From: a bacterium
Lineage (GTDB): Bacteria; SM23-31
Direction of reading: 5' to 3'
Assembly (NCBI GenBank): GCA_965249485.1
Contig: OZ252239.1
Location: forward strand, 320,001 to 384,000
DNA length: 64,000 bases
Below the pieces are notes generated by a model. The model ran no database searches, was not told the DNA's origin, and was given only the letters and a program-made list of their open reading frames with translations. Shown here one piece after another: positions 61,151-64,000 of this stretch. Position 1 is the stretch's first letter. Each line of letters begins with the position of its first letter. Both the position numbers and the translations under genes were made by a program.

Positions 61151-61837
61151 ATGCTTCGCATAATCCGCTTTATCATTCTTTTTTCTGCATTGTGCTGCAG
61201 CGGGGTGGTCTTTGCCCAACAGGCAGATGAGCCGGTTTCGAGAACATACCCGATCAGGTTTAAAACGGTTCAGGAATTTCAGCCGTTAGTGCAAGCATTG
61301 CTATCCAATAGGGGGCAGATAGAAGCCTCTGAAGGGTTGAATATGTTTGTCGTCAGGGATCTTCCGGTGAATCTCGATCAAGTTGATAGCCTTTTTACCC
61401 ATTTTGACCGGCCTACTCAGCAATTTATGGTTGAGATCCATCTTTTACTAGGTTCTGATGATCCGGAGGCTTTATCGGCGCCGGACAGCATGCAGGTGCA
61501 CGAATTACTCGACCCTCTCTATTATTTTTCCAAATACGAAGAGTTGGACAGGGCGTATATTCGGACAGAAGAAAATATTCTGACAACATTTTATTTTGCT
61601 GCCGGACAGTTCAATGCCGCACTGCAGGTCGATTATATCGCCGGCGCAAACCAACCGATCCGGTTTCGACAGTTTATGCTCAATGAATCAGTTCGCGATA
61701 TCAGTGGCCTTTTTCTAAGACCTGTATATTTGTCATCAGGTGAGATTGCAGAAAATGTAAAACAAATATTTGCAGCGGTCAAACACCAGCAGACGGGCAA
61801 AACACTTATCATAGCCGTAACAGCGCACCGCATCTAA
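61151..61837 (+). CDS. Exported protein with secretin N-terminal (N-domain)-like module
   Basis: Signal peptide VVFA-Q. Y.I.F...E...LV..LLS..G.I.....N...VRD...NL..V..L...FD.P..Q...E pattern. Too short for a secretin barrel. Confidence 0.6.
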   Translation: MLRIIRFIILFSALCCSGVVFAQQADEPVSRTYPIRFKTVQEFQPLVQALLSNRGQIEASEGLNMFVVRDLPVNLDQVDSLFTHFDRPTQQFMVEIHLLLGSDDPEALSAPDSMQVHELLDPLYYFSKYEELDRAYIRTEENILTTFYFAAGQFNAALQVDYIAGANQPIRFRQFMLNESVRDISGLFLRPVYLSSGEIAENVKQIFAAVKHQQTGKTLIIAVTAHRI

Positions 61838-61855
61838 TCAATTCAAACTTTTCTT

Positions 61856-62887
61856 CTATACTAAAAATTCATCTGCTTTTTTCAAGTACGTTGCATCGTA
61901 GATCAGCTTAAGCAGTAACGAACTCCGGTGGATTTTTACATCGACATCAAGATAGTAACACGGGGCATCTTCAGGTATCCACTTCTTCATTTTGTGCCAA
62001 TCTTTTTCGGTTGTCAGCAAATAATCAGCTGATGAAGATTTGAATTTTCGCATGATACGGCAAACTTTCCACCGTGAATACTGCGCATGATCATTGTAGA
62101 AAAAGGTCCTGCTTACATATGAGCCGGTATTTTCGACCGTATGCTTAAAATAGTCCGGTTTTCCTACGCCAGCGACAAGCCATATTGTCTTCTTGTCAAG
62201 TACCGATGCGGGAAGGGAGCTATTGACATTCCTAATTGAAACCGATTTATATGCCGACCGAAACACAGGACAAGAAAATGTTTTTACCATTCTTTTCAGA
62301 ATTTCGGGTGCGTTTTCGTAGCTATCATACTTCGTAAACACCACAACATCCGCTCTGCGTAAATTTTTCAGTGGTTCCCGTGTCAGTTTAGCACCATTGA
62401 GCGTTTCCGGCGAATCGATGAGAACAATATCGACATGTCGAGCAATTCTTCTATGCTGGAAGCCGTCATCAAGCAATATGACATCCGGCTTAAACCGCTT
62501 AATCGCTTTAGAAGCGCCTTTGACTCTATTGCGGCTCACAACGACCGGGACACCTTTGAGCTTGCTGGCCATTAAATATGGTTCATCTCCGGCATGGCGC
62601 CGTCCGATACGGACTTTTTCTGTATCGCTGACAATCTTCGTGAAATAACTTTTGCGTTTGTATCCCCGGCTGAGAATGACTGGCTGAAATCCCGCTTTTT
62701 GCAATTCCTGCGCAATCCAAATAACCAGCGGTGTTTTCCCTGTGCCGCCAAAGGAGATGTTCCCAATACTTACTACCGGCACTGATACCTCTACGGTCCT
62801 GAAAATACCGTGAGTATAGAAGTAATTTCTGATCTGGACAATGGTATGAAATATTGGTTTTACTAACCGTTCTACAACGTTTATCAT
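61856..62887 (-). CDS. lpxK: Tetraacyldisaccharide 4'-kinase
   Basis: VSIGNISFGGTGKTP, SRGY, GDEP, LDDGFQH and TTEKD motifs. Confidence 0.96.
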   Translation of the reverse strand: MINVVERLVKPIFHTIVQIRNYFYTHGIFRTVEVSVPVVSIGNISFGGTGKTPLVIWIAQELQKAGFQPVILSRGYKRKSYFTKIVSDTEKVRIGRRHAGDEPYLMASKLKGVPVVVSRNRVKGASKAIKRFKPDVILLDDGFQHRRIARHVDIVLIDSPETLNGAKLTREPLKNLRRADVVVFTKYDSYENAPEILKRMVKTFSCPVFRSAYKSVSIRNVNSSLPASVLDKKTIWLVAGVGKPDYFKHTVENTGSYVSRTFFYNDHAQYSRWKVCRIMRKFKSSSADYLLTTEKDWHKMKKWIPEDAPCYYLDVDVKIHRSSLLLKLIYDATYLKKADEFLV

Positions 62888-62915
62888 GCTTGCTATCCTA
62901 AATGTGTATCCTTTG

Positions 62916-63611
62916 TCATATAATTCTCTTCATTGTTTTTTTTGTGAAAAATGACTCTGCCGTAGCATCGAGCCGGTGGAGTTCCTGCTCAACAAAAGCC
63001 CGTTTATCATCTAAATCGTCATTTGGAATCTCCTGATCGATACGAATCGGCTCACCATAGATCATAACACACCGTACGAACGGCTTCACAAAAAGGAATT
63101 TATCCCAACTTCTGAGAAATTTTGGCCTGCTCGTACAAACCGAAACAGGCAGTATTGGCACACCAGTACGGTGTGCAAGTGCTACAGCACCAATTTTCAT
63201 CTCCCGGTAAGGTCCTTTCGGGCCATCGGGAGTTATTGCTATCTGGGCCTGGGATTGAAACAGTCGGGACATTTCGACTATTGCACGTGCACCGCCCCGT
63301 GTTGTTGACCCCCGTACCAGTCCGTAACCGAGACTTTTGAGAATGTGAGCAATGATTTCACCATCGCCGTGTTCACTGACGAGGACAATGATTCCTTCAT
63401 TAATATGCCGCATCATCGGGATTATCATATTACCATGCCAGAAAACCATAATGTATCTGCCACCATCGGCCATTAATTTTTCCCGGTGTTCCTCGCCGAT
63501 CATTTTGAGACCAACAGTTATTTTCAATAACCGTATAAACAGCCCACCAACATGCGCCCCCAACCATAAATAAAACCGATGTTTCAATGACATTTTCTGT
63601 TGTTCGCTCAT
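62916..63611 (-). CDS. DUF374 / lysophospholipid acyltransferase-family protein
   Basis: FWH, S.HGDGE, RGSTTRGG, TPDGPKGP and SWD motifs; adjacent to lpxK. Confidence 0.85.
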   Translation of the reverse strand: MSEQQKMSLKHRFYLWLGAHVGGLFIRLLKITVGLKMIGEEHREKLMADGGRYIMVFWHGNMIIPMMRHINEGIIVLVSEHGDGEIIAHILKSLGYGLVRGSTTRGGARAIVEMSRLFQSQAQIAITPDGPKGPYREMKIGAVALAHRTGVPILPVSVCTSRPKFLRSWDKFLFVKPFVRCVMIYGEPIRIDQEIPNDDLDDKRAFVEQELHRLDATAESFFTKKTMKRII

Positions 63612-63637
63612 AACATTCCAATCGATGCAATTCTGAA

Positions 63638-64000
63638 CTAATCCTTTACAGCTTCTTTTGTAATGTGTCCACTATCTGAAATGGTTTGAATCATATCGAT
63701 CATTGTTGCGATGTCGAGAATATTATGGTGGAGTACGCGCTTGATGTCAGCTGCATTCCCGGTTTGGACAAACTCTCTGTATACCTGCGGGATGTCACTA
63801 CCCGAAATATCACCCGTCCTTTTTCTATTTAAAATATATTTTTCAAATGTTTGTAGTTTACAGTTTGGCATTTGCGACTGGTAGAATCTCCTGACTTCGA
63901 ATAACAGGTCAAGATGAGCTATATCGGAGCGAATCGGGACACGATTTTCTGTTCCCCGCCCCAGAATAAACGGTAGATCGAACGATTTTCCATTGAACGT
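63638..64000 (-). CDS. YprB-like RNase H-fold (DnaQ-like) protein, 5'-partial
   Basis: The frame is open to the window edge: TFNGKSFDLPF...HLDLL...R.......CKL...E...L...R..DI.G..IP..Y...HN..D. Confidence 0.8.
   Translation of the reverse strand, partial: TFNGKSFDLPFILGRGTENRVPIRSDIAHLDLLFEVRRFYQSQMPNCKLQTFEKYILNRKRTGDISGSDIPQVYREFVQTGNAADIKRVLHHNILDIATMIDMIQTISDSGHITKEAVKD

Noticed and set aside
1..64000. CRISPR array, tRNA (including tRNA-Sec near selD), rRNA, prophage or transposase
   Set aside because: No regularly spaced repeats, cloverleaf motifs or mobile-element proteins were seen by eye; tRNAscan-SE and Rfam runs would be needed to be certain.

Overview
Gene-dense, mostly housekeeping chromosome segment from a diderm bacterium (lpxK, gmhA). 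PorV-family barrels, an FlgD-Ig/T9SS-type C-terminal domain, a GWxTD-like protein and a group II GGGP synthase suggest an FCB-superphylum lineage such as KSB1 or Calditrichota; this placement is inference. Core genes include alaS, recX, gyrA, priA, dnaE, rpsT, mnmA, iscS, panB, ilvC, queF, rex and lpxK. The main result is a carrier-protein (LysW) alpha-aminoadipate lysine operon: lysW (missed by the ORF track), homocitrate synthase, lysX, lysY, an unassigned gene, lysZ, lysJ. The operon has no lysK. The unassigned gene is a translationally coupled EgtC/YafJ-like class II amidotransferase (Ntn-hydrolase). It keeps the catalytic Cys, the oxyanion hole and the carboxylate-binding Arg but has lost the residues that bind a free alpha-amino group, so it is a strong candidate for a non-orthologous LysK replacement. 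Other observations: a selenocysteine (UGA) SelD with a clear SECIS hairpin beside a TSUP transporter; tandem serA paralogs with NADP-type versus NAD-type signatures beside DUF1015; an unannotated 49-aa zinc-ribbon gene; an internally deleted flagellin with sigma28 and CsrA-type signals; a dispersed REP-like repeat family; Q-rule signal peptides plus a glutaminyl-cyclase-like lipoprotein; and several broken genes (USP, prmA, deacetylase). I saw no rRNA, tRNA, CRISPR array or transposase. All family assignments come from motif recognition by eye, not database searches.
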